From the human T2T-CHM13v2.0 reference genome, Homo sapiens: a DNA stretch of 64,000 bases. The translations under genes and the position numbers were made by a program. Under the pieces are notes generated by a model. It was not told the origin of the DNA, did not search any database, and saw only the letters and a list, made by a program, of their open reading frames with translations. Shown here piece by piece: positions 23,474 to 37,385 of this stretch. The stretch lies in the NCBI RefSeq assembly GCF_009914755.1, contig NC_060927.1. The stretch is one strand, 5' to 3'. Numbering within the stretch: the stretch's first letter is position 1; the number at the start of each line of letters is the position of its first letter.

Positions 23474-25449
23474 CAACCCAATGAGTCTAATAGTAGCACT
23501 AAGTTAGTTTAATCTGCAGAATTGAACCTAGAAAATCAAAGCTTGGAATCTTCACTTTTGTAAAATGCCCAAAGCAATTTACCCATCTACTCTGCCTTCT
23601 CTGTTCTTTCTTCAACTTGAAAGAGAATTAAACGTCAGATTTACAGCTCAGATTCAGGTTACTTTATGTCAAATTCTCTATCTACGTAGACAAATTCAGC
23701 CAGGTCTTGCTATGCTGGAGCAGCTTTCACTGTGGGAGGAGGTGGTGGAAGTATTATGGAAGTTACTACTTATCACTGGGTGCTGAGAAGCAGCATGCTC
23801 CGCCATTCTCATTACCAAACTTGTAGTCAGAAGAACTCTGCCTGAGCCCCTGGTCTGCTGCTTCCTTGCTTAGTGATCCAGAACAGGACCTATTAACTTT
23901 CTCAGTCTCCAAAAGAAAAATCTTGCCCCTTGAATAGTGCTGACCTAAAGTTAATACTCAGTAAGCATTCATGAAATGAATAAATGTTACAGAAAGTGAC
24001 ATCAGTAATTATGTTCTATGTATTTGTGCTGTCGTCCCTTAAAACTGTGGATATAAGTCCACAGTCTATATCAAGTCAAACTTAGTTAAGTTAGCCTGCA
24101 CCATTTAGCCAGGAATGTATGTGCTCCTGTTACAAAATGAAAGTAACTGGCCTAGAAGCCTGACACATCAGTTGTCATCTTTAATGTCCCTTCATCATAC
24201 AATTCCTCGATGGCTTCATATATCACCTGTCAGGTAATCTTCCAGAGAAGCTTGACTTTAACCATTTGTTCTGTGGTTCAAGTGATGAATGAGATGGGTT
24301 AGATCATTTAATTCACTATATGGCACCCAAATGTTAAAGCTGGAGGAAAAGAATGTCTGACAAATTGTTTGTTGTCATTAAGGTTTATTTCTCATATGCC
24401 TTTGATGGTTCCCCTCACCTCATTATTGTCCAACACACAAAGCTAACTATTATAAGGAAGACAATACTTAATGGATGCTAGACAAATGATAGTTGGAGCT
24501 GTCTGGTGCACTACCTGATAAGTGAGAGCTAAATTATAATGTCATTAGATGGAATGCCTCAAGTTATTATAAAGTTGTGCTTCCCACAATGTCCTTGCTT
24601 TATCCTCAGCATGGTTCTTCCTGGCATCCGTTTTCACTCAGCAGCTGCCTTGTTTCCAGAACAGCTGAGACCGAGTGTTGAATCCTCTGTTATGCCAATT
24701 TTAAAATGTCCAACCAATACTGAGAATGTGTGTTTTGAGTATTAATGTCATCCAAACATAAACTTTAAGAAAATAAAAACGACATATTTTACAAATGCAG
24801 CCTTTAAAAATTTGTAACAATACAGTTAAAAACTTTGTATAATTCACAGGAAGACTGGGTATATAGAACCATAAATCCCCATTTACACTATCTTTTTCTC
24901 CAGGCACAAATTCCCTTCTTAGACTGTTCGTATGACAATTTCCTACCCAGTCCTTACAACATATTGACACTCAGTTAATAATTCAAGATGAATGAATGAA
25001 TTTATGAATGAGAGGAAGTACATTCAAATATACAGATACTAAAAGCATGTTAGTGTAAAATATTTTGCGGACAAGTTGATTGTAAAGAAAATTAATTTCA
25101 CTTCATCCACAAGGAAGTTAGGATTTCTTGGCATTTTGTGTTTGCAACAAACAAATAATCCTGATTATTATTTAAAATAGCTCCATGAGTTCACTTAGTG
25201 TTTGTCAGATTTTAACAATACCTGACAAACAGAGCTCTGTATTTATTCGTGCATATGAAGAGCAAGCTTCATTATTTTTTGGTATTAGGTAGATCAACCA
25301 GCAGACTCACTCATTCAGTGACCATAAATGTTGTATAATGCATTAATGACTCCTTAAGTAGAGCTCACAAAAGTACCACCCCAGTTTCTTGTACTAAGTA
25401 GCATATTTCAAATATAATTTTTCTGTTTCACTGGTTGTGAATACTACTA

Positions 25450-25645
25450 AATCAGATATATCTGGGTTTAAATCCTGGCTCTACCAATTACAAACTTCTT
25501 CAACTCTATGCCTCATTTCTTCATCTTTAAAATGAGAATAAAAATCATACCATCAAAGAGTTGTTATGAAAATTGTTTGCCTGTAAAGAATTTAGAGCAG
25601 TGTCTGGCACTTAGTAGGTATTCAATAAATGTTAGCTAATGTTGT
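25450..25645 (+). mobile_element. MIR
   Basis: ctgggtttaaatcctggctctacc..cctcatttcttcatctttaaaatgag..gtctggcacttagtaggtattcaataaatgttagct. Confidence 0.85.
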
Positions 25646-25749
25646 AGAGTTGTAAATAATTTTAGTCTTGTTAATTTTCCAAAGTGATAAAGCAGGAAGG
25701 GTTAAAGGCCCCTAGTTCACCTTAGGTCCTGCCTGGCCCTTAAGCCAAT

Positions 25750-26225
25750 GTAATCCAAAAGAAATGTGAGAGCCACATGTGTAACTTAAAATATTTTAGT
25801 AGTGGCATTAAAAAAGGTAAAAAGAAACAGATACCATTAATTTTGATAATATACTTTCTTTAACCCTGTATATCCAAGAATAGTAACATTTTAACATGTA
25901 CCCAACATAAACAATTTAATAAGGTATTATACTTTTTTTTTTCTTACTAAGGCTTCAAAATATGGCATATATTCTATACTTTTAGCACATCTCAATTTGG
26001 GAGCTGAGTTTTGATTAGGAAGAGTTGGTTTCGATTACATAAAATTTACAGTTGAACAAATGAACACACATCCAAGTTATTTCAAAGATATTTAGAAGTT
26101 TTTACATTAAATCTAGTTCTTAAATTTAAATTTAAATTAATAAACTCAGTTTCTCTGTCCCACTAGTCGTATTTCAAGTTCACCATAGTTCCATATGGCT
26201 AGCACCACCCAAATTAGACAGCACA
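25750..26225. mobile_element. MER33/MER3 (Charlie5-derived) DNA transposon
   Basis: gagccacatgtgtaacttaaaatattttagtag..aaaagaaacag..tagcacatctcaattt..atttcaagt..atatggctag..ttagacagcac. Confidence 0.75.
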
Positions 26226-26426
26226 ATCCTCAGCAATCTCAAGTTGAACATACCCAAGACCCTGCCACTCCACCTATCATAAAGCTGAACTACATTTTAA
26301 GCTCCGGTGTTAGGATACAGGAGGTTTGAGCAGGATGTTACGAAGAGAAGAGGCTGAGTCTACATGACATCGTAAATCTGCTATAAAAGTGAAGACACAA
26401 TGGTGAAATTGGTGGTGAGGGATTAA

Positions 26427-26768
<342 letters not shown>

Positions 26769-27019
26769 CACTCCTGATGGTTTCTAATGGGCCTATTGAC
26801 CTGTAATTAGAATTCTCAGGAAGATATCACAAACCACATTAGCACTGTTTTTAATTTATGATCAATAAATACAAATCTTCAGGCTTGAGAGTGAGTGTTC
26901 CTTAGAACCAAAGTTGACTGAATCAGAGGGTTTGTTTGTTGGTCTACTTTTACTGAGTACATTCCACTAAAAAATTTAACTTTACAATATAAATCTTTAA
27001 AAAATAGGTTTAACCACCA

Positions 27020-28760
27020 AGCTTATTTATTCCTTCAACAACTATTTGGTAAGTACCTACTTTGTTGCAGGCTCTCCATTAACTAATCAAGACACAATGG
27101 TGAACTGTAATAGGCAAATCTTTTTCCTCATATAGCAGTGTCTGGTGGGGCTGTAGACTAGTAAATACACAACTGCATTTCAAGGTGACATGTCTTGGCA
27201 ATATGGGGACTATTCAGGCACAGAGAAAAGATGCCTACGCCTGAGATGAGGCACTGAGGGAGGAAGTCAGAAAGACTTCCAGGAGGAAGTACTGTCTAAA
27301 TGGATAGAGAAAGAGAAACAAAGACTTATTCAGGGAATAAACTTTCTTTTTACAAAAAAGGACTAGAATGTCAATGTCTGGGAGAATGGCAAAGAGAAGA
27401 ATGTGCAAGAAAAATTCAATGTGGCTGAATGGCTGAACTATTAGGATCAGGGTCAGTCAGAGAGATTAGGCTGGGGAAGTGAGCAGAAGTGAAATTATCC
27501 AGAGCCTCATGAGCACATTGGAGAACCAGTGAACAGCTGAAAAAAGCATGATCAGATTTACACCTAAGAACCATCATAGTGGCTGTCATGTGGATGATGG
27601 AGTAAATAGGACAAGAGGCAGAGAAGCCTGGTAAAAGACAGTGACGCTGTAATCTAGGTAAGAGATGAGAGTGGTCTGAACCAAAACTTTAGCAGTAGGG
27701 ATGGAAGGAAGCATATGACTGGAGGGAGATTTAGAACATAGCGTTTACAAGATTTGGCAATAGACTCGGGTAGGGGGGTGGGCAGCAGAGCCCAAGTTTC
27801 TGGCTTGGTAGTGTTCCCATTCATTTGATCAGGGAAGAGAGGAGATTGAATAGTTTGGGGAGAACAGTTCAGATTTAGGCATGTTGTATTGAGAGATGTT
27901 TCGGATAAACTAGTATCAATTTCCACTTGGCAGGTGTGTTAGACCGTTGTGCATTGCTATAAAGGAATACCTGATACTGGGTAATTTATGAAGGAAAGAG
28001 TTTTCATTGGTTCCTGGTTCTGCAGGCTATGTAAGCATGGCTCCAGCATCTGCTTCTGGTGAGGGTCTCAGGAAGTGTACAATCATGGTGAAAGGCAAAA
28101 GGAGAGCAGGAAATGTCACATGGCAAGAGAGTGAGGGGGGAGGTGCCACACTCTTTGAACAACCAGATTTTGCATGAACTCAGAGTGACAACTCATTCAT
28201 TACCAAGGGGATGACACAAAGCCATTCATTAGGATGTGTTCCTATGATTCAATACCTCCACTGGGCCCCACCTCCAATATTAGAGGTCACATTTCAACAT
28301 GAGATTTGGAGGGGGCAGACACATTCAAACCATGCAGCAGGTATATATCTACAAGTCTGAAGCTCAGGTAAAAAAAAAAATCAGACTCAGATGGAATTCT
28401 TGGAATTGTCAGCCTGTAGAAAGTAACTGAAACAGTGATAATGTGTGAGGACACCAGGGGGAGAGTATAAAGAGAAAGAGATCAAAGGCCAGGAGAAACC
28501 CCTGGGGAATGCCAACCTATATGGGACAGACAAAGGAAGAAAAGTCTGCAAAGGAGATGGGTAGCCAAGGAGAGAAGTGGACAATCAGAAACAGAGTGTC
28601 AAGAAAGTCAAAGGACAAAAGTATTCCAAGCAGGAAGGAGTGATTAATAGCTTCAGAAACAAGATTGTTAGTGACCTTGGTAAGGCTGATTTCAGTGATT
28701 GGGTCAAAAACCAGAATGTAGTGGGTTGATGAGAAAGTAGGAGATGAAAAAAATTGAATT
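27020..28760 (-). mobile_element. L2 (antisense), interrupted by an MST LTR
   Basis: tttattccttcaacaactattt..tacctact..; purine-rich body (gaggaagtcagaaagacttccaggagga, atgatcagattt, cccaagtttctggctt, gtgaccttgg) continues on both sides of the LTR. Confidence 0.75.
27935..28336 (-). mobile_element. MST (MSTB-like) solo LTR, ERVL-MaLR
   Basis: TG..CA ends (tgtgttag..aaaccatgca), cattgctataaaggaatacctga..catctgcttctggtgagg; 5-bp TSD gcagg at 27930 and 28337. Confidence 0.9.
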
Positions 28761-28889
28761 TCTTGTCTTCTTGTCTAAATTTCTCATGTAAATTTTCAAT
28801 CAAAAATCAGTGTAGGAAGGGAGAATATTGTTTTTTATGCAGATGTTGACAGCAACTCTTAGTATCACACTTCTGACCTCAGCCAAGTG

Positions 28890-29205
28890 TTCTTGGCCCT
28901 CCATGTCCATTGGTTCTGCATTCATTAATTCAACCAGCCAGACTGAAAATATCTTAAATTATATATATAATAGAACAATAAAAAATACAAAATTTAAAAA
29001 ATACAGTAGAACAACCATTTACGTAGCATATACATTGTATTAGGTATTATAAATAATTTAGAGATGATTTAAAGTATACAGCAGGATATGCATAGACTCT
29101 ATGCAAATACTATGCCATTGTATACAACGGACATGATTACCCATGGATTTTGGTATCTGATGGGGGTCCTGAAACAAACCCCCCATAAATACCAAGGGAC
29201 AACTG
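28890..29205 (+). mobile_element. MER2 (Tigger-derived)
   Basis: ttggccctccatgtcc..acattgtattaggtattataa..tagagatgatttaaagtatac..atgcaaatactatgcc..accaagggacaactg. Confidence 0.9.
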
Positions 29206-29388
29206 CATTCCAGTTTAGAGCAGTCATTAAAGTCTAATGTAGGATACCAAGGCTTTGTTTAGTCATTCTGTTATCAGTGCTGGAAGTGAAGAGATGAGAA
29301 GACTGGTAGTAAATCTAGATTCTTGGAAAGCCCAAAATAGGAATGGAGAGTAAAATTCTTCAGTATTCCTGTATTTCCCTACTGGAGT

Positions 29389-29630
29389 AGAACAAAAAAC
29401 CAAACGCCGCATGTTCTCACTCATAGATGGGATTTGAACAGAGAACACTTGGACACAGGAAGGGGAACATCACACACTGGTGCCTGTCATGGGGTGGGGG
29501 GAGGGGGGAGGGATAGCATTAAGAGATATACCTAATGTAAATGATGAGTTAATGGGTGCAGCACACCAACATGGCACATGTATACATATGTAACAAACCT
29601 GCACTTTGTACACATGTACCCTAGAACTTA
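29389..29630 (+). mobile_element. Young L1PA (about PA3-5) 3'UTR fragment
   Basis: aaaccaaacgccgcatgttctcactcatag..ggggtggggggaggggggagggatagcatt..gtaccctagaactta. Confidence 0.92.
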
Positions 29631-29699
29631 TTTTTTATATATGTATATATAAAAATAAATTCTCTCATAGGGAAATCCCTAGTACTTTCCCCCTTTCTT

Positions 29700-29983
<284 letters not shown>

Positions 29984-30467
29984 TCCCCCTTTCTTAGGAT
30001 TCCGCCTTTTTGCCGTAGGCGTTCTCCTTTTATTTTTCCTTTGTAAAATTCCTTGTTAAAATATAAGGTCTTTAGAAGTTCTTAGCATCTCAATTAAAAG
30101 TTAAGTTTCATTAGAGCAAATAAGAGATGGAATAGAGACCAGAGGAGGAAAGGGCAAGGGCAGAGGCAAATGGCTACAAAATACGACTTTCTTTTACTGA
30201 ACAATTTTAGTGTCAGTTGCCTACCAGCCTCACTGATACACCAGTTATACCTATTGAAAGTCACATGAGAGCCACTTTTGTCACATACTCAGTTACCCCA
30301 ATTGCCATCCTCTGGTAAACATAAGGAAAAAGGATCAATCTGATGAATGGACACATTGCAAGGGGGCATTTCTAAGAAGTACTGTTTTAAGAAGGGCAGT
30401 TGTAGAAAAAACTTGGGGGTTCACTTCTAATTTTTTTGAAACTAGAATTCAGCTAGAAGATTGCATA

Positions 30468-30600
30468 ATGCATGGATATATGAATAGGTGGATGGATGGA
30501 TGGATGTTGAATAGGTGGGTGAGAAGAAGAAATAATGGAAAGAAGGAAGAAAAAAAGGAAGGAAAGGAAGAAGGGAGGAAGGAAGGAAGGAAGGTAGGTG
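30468..30600. repeat. (GGAT)n/(GGAA)n simple repeat
   Basis: ggatggatggatggatg followed by ggaaggaaggaagg. Confidence 0.85.
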
Positions 30601-30689
30601 AGCAGGGCTCAGAAGAGGCCCTGTGGCCGTTATTATTGTCGTTGATGATGTTTTAACGTTTGAACTTATTACATGTTATTCACATTTAT

Positions 30690-30900
30690 GGTGGGAAAAG
30701 CACAGGTCTAGGAATCAGATGACTATTACCTCCTGTCTTGTGTTCTTAGAAAATTCACTTCCATTTTCTGAGCCTCATTATTTCATCTGTCAAGTGGCAT
30801 TATGCTATGCACATTACAGGGATATTATAAGCATAATACATCTTTTATGTAAGGATCATATATGTAAATTATGATGCACTATACATACATTAGTTATTGT
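30690..30900 (+). mobile_element. MIR
   Basis: gtgggaaaagcacaggtctaggaatcaga..tttctgagcctcattatttcatctgtcaagtgg. Confidence 0.7.
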
Positions 30901-31741
30901 TCTGCATCTGAGGACAATTTATCTTCCTAGAAGGAGGATTGCTCGGATATAACCTATTGTGAACAAGTGTGAGAACTTTTAATACACTAATAGCCTTAGA
31001 CCTCAAATCCTGGACAGCTTATTAGTGCTTATTAGTGCCCATGTAGTAAGTCCTCACTAACTCCTTTGAGCATTTTGTATGCTATAATACTCTTTTTTTG
31101 TACTGTTTTTAGTTATTTCTTCACTTTCCTCAAAAATGCCCACTTTTTCTCTTGCAAGTGCTTTCTCCATGCTTAGCTCTTCCATTTTATAAAGTAAATA
31201 ATCTTATCCACTCCCACCCACTGACATACTTTTAAATCACTGCTAGTACTTGAGCATAGTTTTGTGCTTCTACTTACTCTCGGGAACACTATGACAAACC
31301 TACTCTGAGTGCTAATTAGGACCAACTTGAGCATACGTAAGCAGCCCTTTAACTGTTTTCTTTGAAACGGTTCCAGTTAGTCCTTTTAAATGAACTTCAG
31401 AAAAGAACTCAAATTAATTTGCTTCTCAATATCCTATGGTTCAGACATTGGATTTTTTTCTCCCTAGCGACTTCTGGTTAGCAATCAAAGAGCTGCTTTT
31501 CTACATTAAGATTTTAACTCAACTTCCTGGGAGTGGAAAGACTCAATTATTTCTTCAAAATCTATAACTGTTTTTTGTCTTTTACATTTTTAGCTTTCCC
31601 GAAATGCTTTCCCTGCTCATTGAAGCTACCTCCTGTTCCGTTTAAGTTCTCCCTTGATGACGACATTTCTTATGAGAAGCCTTACCAAAAAGTCTAAGAC
31701 AGGCGGACTTCTGTGGGGATTAATTTGTTCATAACAATTAT

Positions 31742-31896
31742 GATTGGCTACATAATTTGTGGGTTACTGGGCAAAATGCAAATGCAGGTATCTTTGTTTA
31801 TTAAAAAATTACTAAGAGTTTCAAGATGGCAACAACAAAACAGCAAATATGGGACCTATGCAGCTGCACAGATTACACACCCATGAAGTTAGCCCT
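31742..31896 (-). mobile_element. MER45A (hAT-Tip100)
   Basis: ggctacataatttgtggg..gcaaaatgcaaatgcagg..aagagtttcaagatggcaac..ctgcacag..acacccatgaagttagccct is antisense MER45A. Confidence 0.8.
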
Positions 31897-34119
31897 ACGT
31901 ATCATTGTGTGTTGATACAAACTTTGCCATCATGGACTTCACATTTTTAAATACATATATGCCTTTGATAATTTCTGCAATAGGCTCCTACTAGATATGC
32001 AAACTCAATCTACTTGGCAACTTTTCATCACTCAGTTATTTCACTGTTATGCGAATTTTCTGACACCTTTATTTTTGTCAATGCTTACCTTAGCTTTGGG
32101 TTATGAGATTAATTGGAATGTTTAAGAGAAGTTGAATTCTTATACAGTCATATTTTAGTAATTGCATTAAACCATAAAATGTATTTATTATAGTTTCATT
32201 GGTTAACACAAGTACATCTATAATGTTGAGAGGTTTTACAGTCCAAAAACACTAGAGCAGCATAAGCATGAGAGAGTATGCAGTCTGGTAAAACCCCAGA
32301 AGCATTTCTTGCATGTTTGAGGGCAACCTACAGTATCTCAGTTGATTGTAAAGTATATTTAATGCTAAATTTGATGGTATCATTACAGTGCCTTAGATTC
32401 TTACATGCATATTTTCAGACCTTCTCCTCCTCCACCTGGGCTTGCCACCACTTAGCCCAGCAGGATGCTGAGTTTCTAGGCTTATGTGCTAAGCTAGGGG
32501 ACAGCAAGGGATGTTGATTTTGCTGTATGTGGCCAATTATCTTGACCTTTATGATGGATGAAGCCAAGTCTCCCTCCCGTTTATATCTCTTTCTCGGGAT
32601 TGTAGCCCATTGCGGTCATGTCAGTTTGTGGTCTTGTCTTTCACTCCCCAGCAATGCACATCTTGAGATACTGTGATTAGCATCCCTAATTCATAAAAAT
32701 TGACTTACCTTGTTATAACTAGAGAGCTGCCGCCTAAAATACTTCCACCTACTGTTCGAAAGGGTATTATTTTAATGCCCTGGGGATAGGAAAAGTTTTC
32801 AACCCACCAGTGCAGGGATTAGTTTTATTTTAAAGTATTTGAAGTGTGTTAGATAAGTTAGCTAAGAATGATCCAAGTTCAGTTGCTTCCCAAGAGCCTT
32901 TAAAGATGTGCTCCAAGTCCTTATCTGATAACAATCTGTAAAAATGCTTACATTTTGTATGTGTTTGAGCATCAAGATCTACCTCTTTCATATGTAAGGG
33001 AAAATTAAGACACTTTCTGCGTCAACCAAATACAGGGGATGATTTCATTTGGATAAATAGCTTTCTCTTCAAATAGGATTTCTGACTAAATTATCTGGAT
33101 TTAATCATATGTCTATTGAATAGCATGTGCACCTTTCCTTGTTTTTCATATCCCTGTACACTAAGCAAATAAAGGCATTTCTCTTTTTATTAATTGAACG
33201 TTCACAATTGCCTGTAAAACTTTTAGAGAAATACCTAATTTTGAGATTCACTTAAAGTTAGGTTAAAGTTTTATCTCTAAAAGACTAAAAGGGCATCATC
33301 TCCTCCAATGACTTCTATTCATCAACTTCTTGGCGGGTTTAACCAGCCAGACTGGTTTATATGTTTAGACACAGTCCGAGTCACACAGTTAGTATAAATA
33401 GGGTTTTTTCACATTAAATTACTGTTTTACTTTTGATTAAAGTAACTGGACTTTTCAGTATTAATTTGGAAATGGTGTATTTTCTGTTTTATGAAAATGT
33501 GCAATGATGTCACATGTTCAGGTTATGTGACAAAACATGTGTTCTCATTTTCCTTCATGCTTCTTCACCTGGACAGGAAAGGGTAACGTGATGTCCCCTT
33601 GATAGCAACAGCATTGGTTAGAACTGGTATCAGAGAGCTTCCATCTTCTTTTATGACTGTGACTGCCCTTGCTAAGTCCCATTTTTCAAAGGGGGAAACT
33701 TAGACATAGAAAAAACAAAACTATATTGTTAAGTCAAACAGCCTAGTCAAATAGCTGTTCCACTTCTATGAGTTTCTAAAATGTTCTCCTATTCATTCTA
33801 TTGGTGGTTGCTCACAATTGTACCTACATCTCTTCACCATTTCATGTGAAATAGAGCTCTTAGGTGATACAGTTGAGAAGTCAGGTGTCATGAGTTTAGC
33901 ATGTCAAGGAGTAGTTACTAGTCTTCCTTTACAGACAAGTGATTGGTACATGTTGGTTAGAGAAAAGTGATTTTTCTAGAGTTTATCACTCCAGAAAAAG
34001 CCAGGCACTTAGAGAAGCAGTTATTGTGATTGCATTACTCAAGGTTTGCTTGAGGAAGAGAGCTCTTAATTAGACTCTGAACAGTTAACAGAGAATGCAA
34101 CAGTGAAGCCAAAGGCATT

Positions 34120-34321
34120 GGTAGGTCAGCCTCAGAACTACTGATTTTTTAGACCAGATAAGTCTTTGTTGTGAGGGGCTGGTCTGTGTATCGTGGAATG
34201 TTCAACACCATCTCTGGCTTTACCCAATAGATTCCGGTACTCTACCTGATCCTGGTTGTAACAACTAAAAATCTCCAGACATTACCAGGTATGAAAAATC
34301 ACCCTCACTTGAGAACCACTG
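34120..34321. mobile_element. MER20
   Basis: gaccagataagtctttgttgtgaggggctg..gtaacaactaaaaatctccagacatt..aaaatcaccc..ttgagaaccactg. Confidence 0.85.
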
Positions 34322-34344
34322 GTATAGGTCTTTTTAGTATTAAA

Positions 34345-34530
34345 AGCACTTTGACGTTTTCAACAACTGTGTTAGGGATTTTTTAAATCTCTGTTTTACA
34401 AAACAGAAGCTTAAGCTCAGAAAAGTAAAATGACTTGCCTAAGGTCTCACAAGTAGTGATTGGAACCAGAATTCAAACTTATGCAGGTCTTCTAAAGCCA
34501 TATCAGGTGCTCTTTTCATTACACCACTAA
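34345..34530 (-). mobile_element. MIR
   Basis: ctgttttacaaa..aagctcagaaaagtaaaatgacttgcctaaggtctcaca..ccagaattcaaac. Confidence 0.75.
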
Positions 34531-35454
34531 AGAAACAGATACAATATCACTGACCCAAACTACTTCTTCTTCTCTCCCTGTTTCTTCTGCTGTTATTTGG
34601 GTTTCCTGGGCTTTATATGCATACTACTGAGCCAAAATAATTCTCATCATCCCAAAGGTCACTTAACGTTCAGCATTTTAGTAAGACATCAATTTCTCAT
34701 TTGATCTTTCATCCCAAAAGCTCCACCATTTGATACGTTGACAGAATAAATCCAGTACATTGACAGCTTCAGAATTAAAAAAAAAAATCTTAGATTTTAT
34801 TAAGGTGAAGAAATCACTGTAGTAAGGTTATAGATCTAAATTTCTTTTTAACTTAAACTTTCTTAACACATCAAATCCACATTAACAATTGACACACAAA
34901 AGTTGATTGAGTAAAAAATAGGTTCACCTTTTTTATGTCAAAGTTTTGGGGCAGTCAAGAAAAGAAACTTTTGAAAAGTATCCTCAAATGCAAATAAATA
35001 AATAAATGCCTTTAAGAACTAAATTCAAACAGATCTGTGTTGGCTCATTTACATATATACCATGATCACTAAATACCAAGGCCTGTGTTATAGTACCAAA
35101 AGTAAAATGAAGCGTCCCTGTTTAGTTTGCCATGAGATAAAATATGGTTTGGTCTAAATAAGTAAGTTGGCAGTGGTTTCTAAGGATTATTTAGGCTCCA
35201 AAGGTCATTTGATTCCAACGATAGAACCTATATTTAGGCCCGCAGTAGCAGCAAACCAATCTCATTGTGACTTAGAGTTATAATCTACTCAGCAAATATT
35301 TCAGTAAAGACACTGAGGAGACTTTTCTAATTTCCATTTGAGATCTTTCTGTTTTAAAAAGAACAGTATGATCCTGCAAATCATACTAAAGACACAGAAA
35401 AGTCTCTGCTTTTAGATGCTAGTGGCATTTTACAAGGCTTAAAGAGTAATAGAA

Positions 35455-36190
35455 GTTTGGCAGTTCCTTAAAAAGCTAAACATAGAATTACCATATAACC
35501 CAGCAATTCCACTCCTAGGTACTTACCCGAAATAACTGAAAACAGGGACTTATACGGGTACTTGTATGCAGAAGTTGATAGCAGCAATATTCACAATAGT
35601 CAAAAGGTGTACAATCCAAGTATCCATCAAGAGATGAATGAATAAATAAAATGTGGTATATACATGTAATGGAATATTATTCAGCCATAAACAGGAATAA
35701 CGTTTTGATACATGCTAGAACATGAATGAATCTTTAAAATGTTATGCTAAATTAAATAAACACAAAAGGACAAATATTATATGAGTACAGGGATGTGAAA
35801 TATTGAAAATAGGCAAATTCATCGAGGTGGAAGGTAAATTAGAAGTTACCAGGGACTAGGGAGAGGAGAAAATGAAAACTCATTGTTTAATGGGTACAGA
35901 GTTACTGTTCTGAGTGATGAAAAAGTTTTGAAAATAGATAATGGTGATGGTTACACAATACATCATGAATGTAATTAATGCCACTGAGCTGTACACTTAA
36001 AAATGGTGACTATAATAAGTTAGTGAGGTGATAAATATATTAATTAGCTTGATTGAATATTTCTACAATGTATATATAAATCAAAACATCACACTGTACC
36101 CATAAATATACACAATTATTATTTGTAAATTAAAAATAAATTAAAAATGGTGAATATGGCAAATTTTATATTATGTATATTTACCAGAAA
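35455..36190 (+). mobile_element. L1MB 3' end
   Basis: tttggcagttccttaaaaagctaaacatagaattaccatataacccagcaattccactcctagg..ataggcaaattcat..gtttaatgggtacagagtt..ctgtacacttaaaaatgg. Confidence 0.9.
36014..36140 (+). mobile_element. Short L1MA 3' end nested in the L1MB
   Basis: gtgaggtgataaatatattaattagcttgatt..atcaaaacatcacactgtaccc..aattaaaaataaa; TSD ttaaaaatggtga(c/a)tat at 35997 and 36141. Confidence 0.85.
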
Positions 36191-36199
36191 AAAATAACT

Positions 36200-36720
36200 A
36201 GGGGAAATATTTTAATTTTATGATGGGTAAATGGCTAAAATTCCTAATATATAAACCAATTTCAAAGTCATAAGGAAAAGCTCAATATCCCAATAAATTT
36301 CAGACAAAGAAAACAAATAGGCAATTTACAGACAAAGTATAGTTAAAAAATACATGAAAATATGATAATATATATGATTATCCTTGCCCATAATAAAGTA
36401 AATATAAATAAAAACAATATATTACCTCTTTTTCCCTAAGCAAAAATGTGGGTAACAGGTACTGTGGGGAAGCCCAGGAGTTGTCCATCTTTTTATAAAA
36501 TAGTGTGCAAATGTTGATAATATCTATGCAATTTCTTATTAATATTTTTATCCTTTCACCCTGTAATCCAACTGTTAGGAATAAACCAGTGGTCATCACA
36601 TACATGTGTAAAAAGGCTATGTTCCAGGATGTTCATCATAAAACATAGATGTCACACAATAGGAAAGAAGTTATGTTAGTCATGGGGCATCTATAATGTA
36701 GAATGAGTACGGTGTCACCA
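36200..36720 (+). mobile_element. Ancient L1ME-like fragment
   Basis: aattcctaatatataaa..ataggcaatttacaga..ccaggatgttcatc. Confidence 0.5.
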
Positions 36721-36789
36721 TTACAAATTATATTAAGGAGAATGTTAAATGGCAAAATATTTAGTGGTCTTTACCTATATTTTTTACCT

Positions 36790-37385
36790 TGACACATTTA
36801 GAAAATATTTATGCCATTAAATATTCTTTCAACATCATTTTTAATGGAACATGGTTTTCATCATTTGGGTGTATTATATCATACTAAACTAGTCAACTTA
36901 TTATCAGACATTGTGGTTGTTTTCAGCTCCTGCTATTATGAAAAGGTTGTCATAAATATCCCCATACCTCTGTACATTCTTAGGATAAGGACTTTCCTTA
37001 AGATAAATTCCTAAGAGTAAAATTACTATGTTAAAAGTATGAAATGTTAAGGCTTCTAATTCATATTGCAAAATTGCTCTCAAGAAAGATACTATCAACT
37101 TATGTTCTCACCAGAAGTACAGAGGAATACTCATTTCCCAGTTCCCTCATCATCACTACTATCATTTTTAAATCGATATTGATGGATGAAAATCGTATCT
37201 TGTTATTGTTTGAATATGTATTCTGCTGATTACTACTGAAGACAAACTCCTTTCATGTAATTATTGATCACTTATAATTATTCTTTAGAAATTTCCTATT
37301 CTTGCCCTTGGTTCATTTTTCCTTTTGCCATGTTAATTTTTTTCTTATTGATTTATAAGAGCTCTTCTTATATTAAAAATATTAC
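36790..37385 (-). mobile_element. Ancient L1ME-like fragment (antisense)
   Basis: aagataaattcctaagagtaaaattact..catattgcaaaattgctctc..ttcttattgatttataagagctc; ORF 36904-37098 ..ILLLGIYLKE.. Confidence 0.7.
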
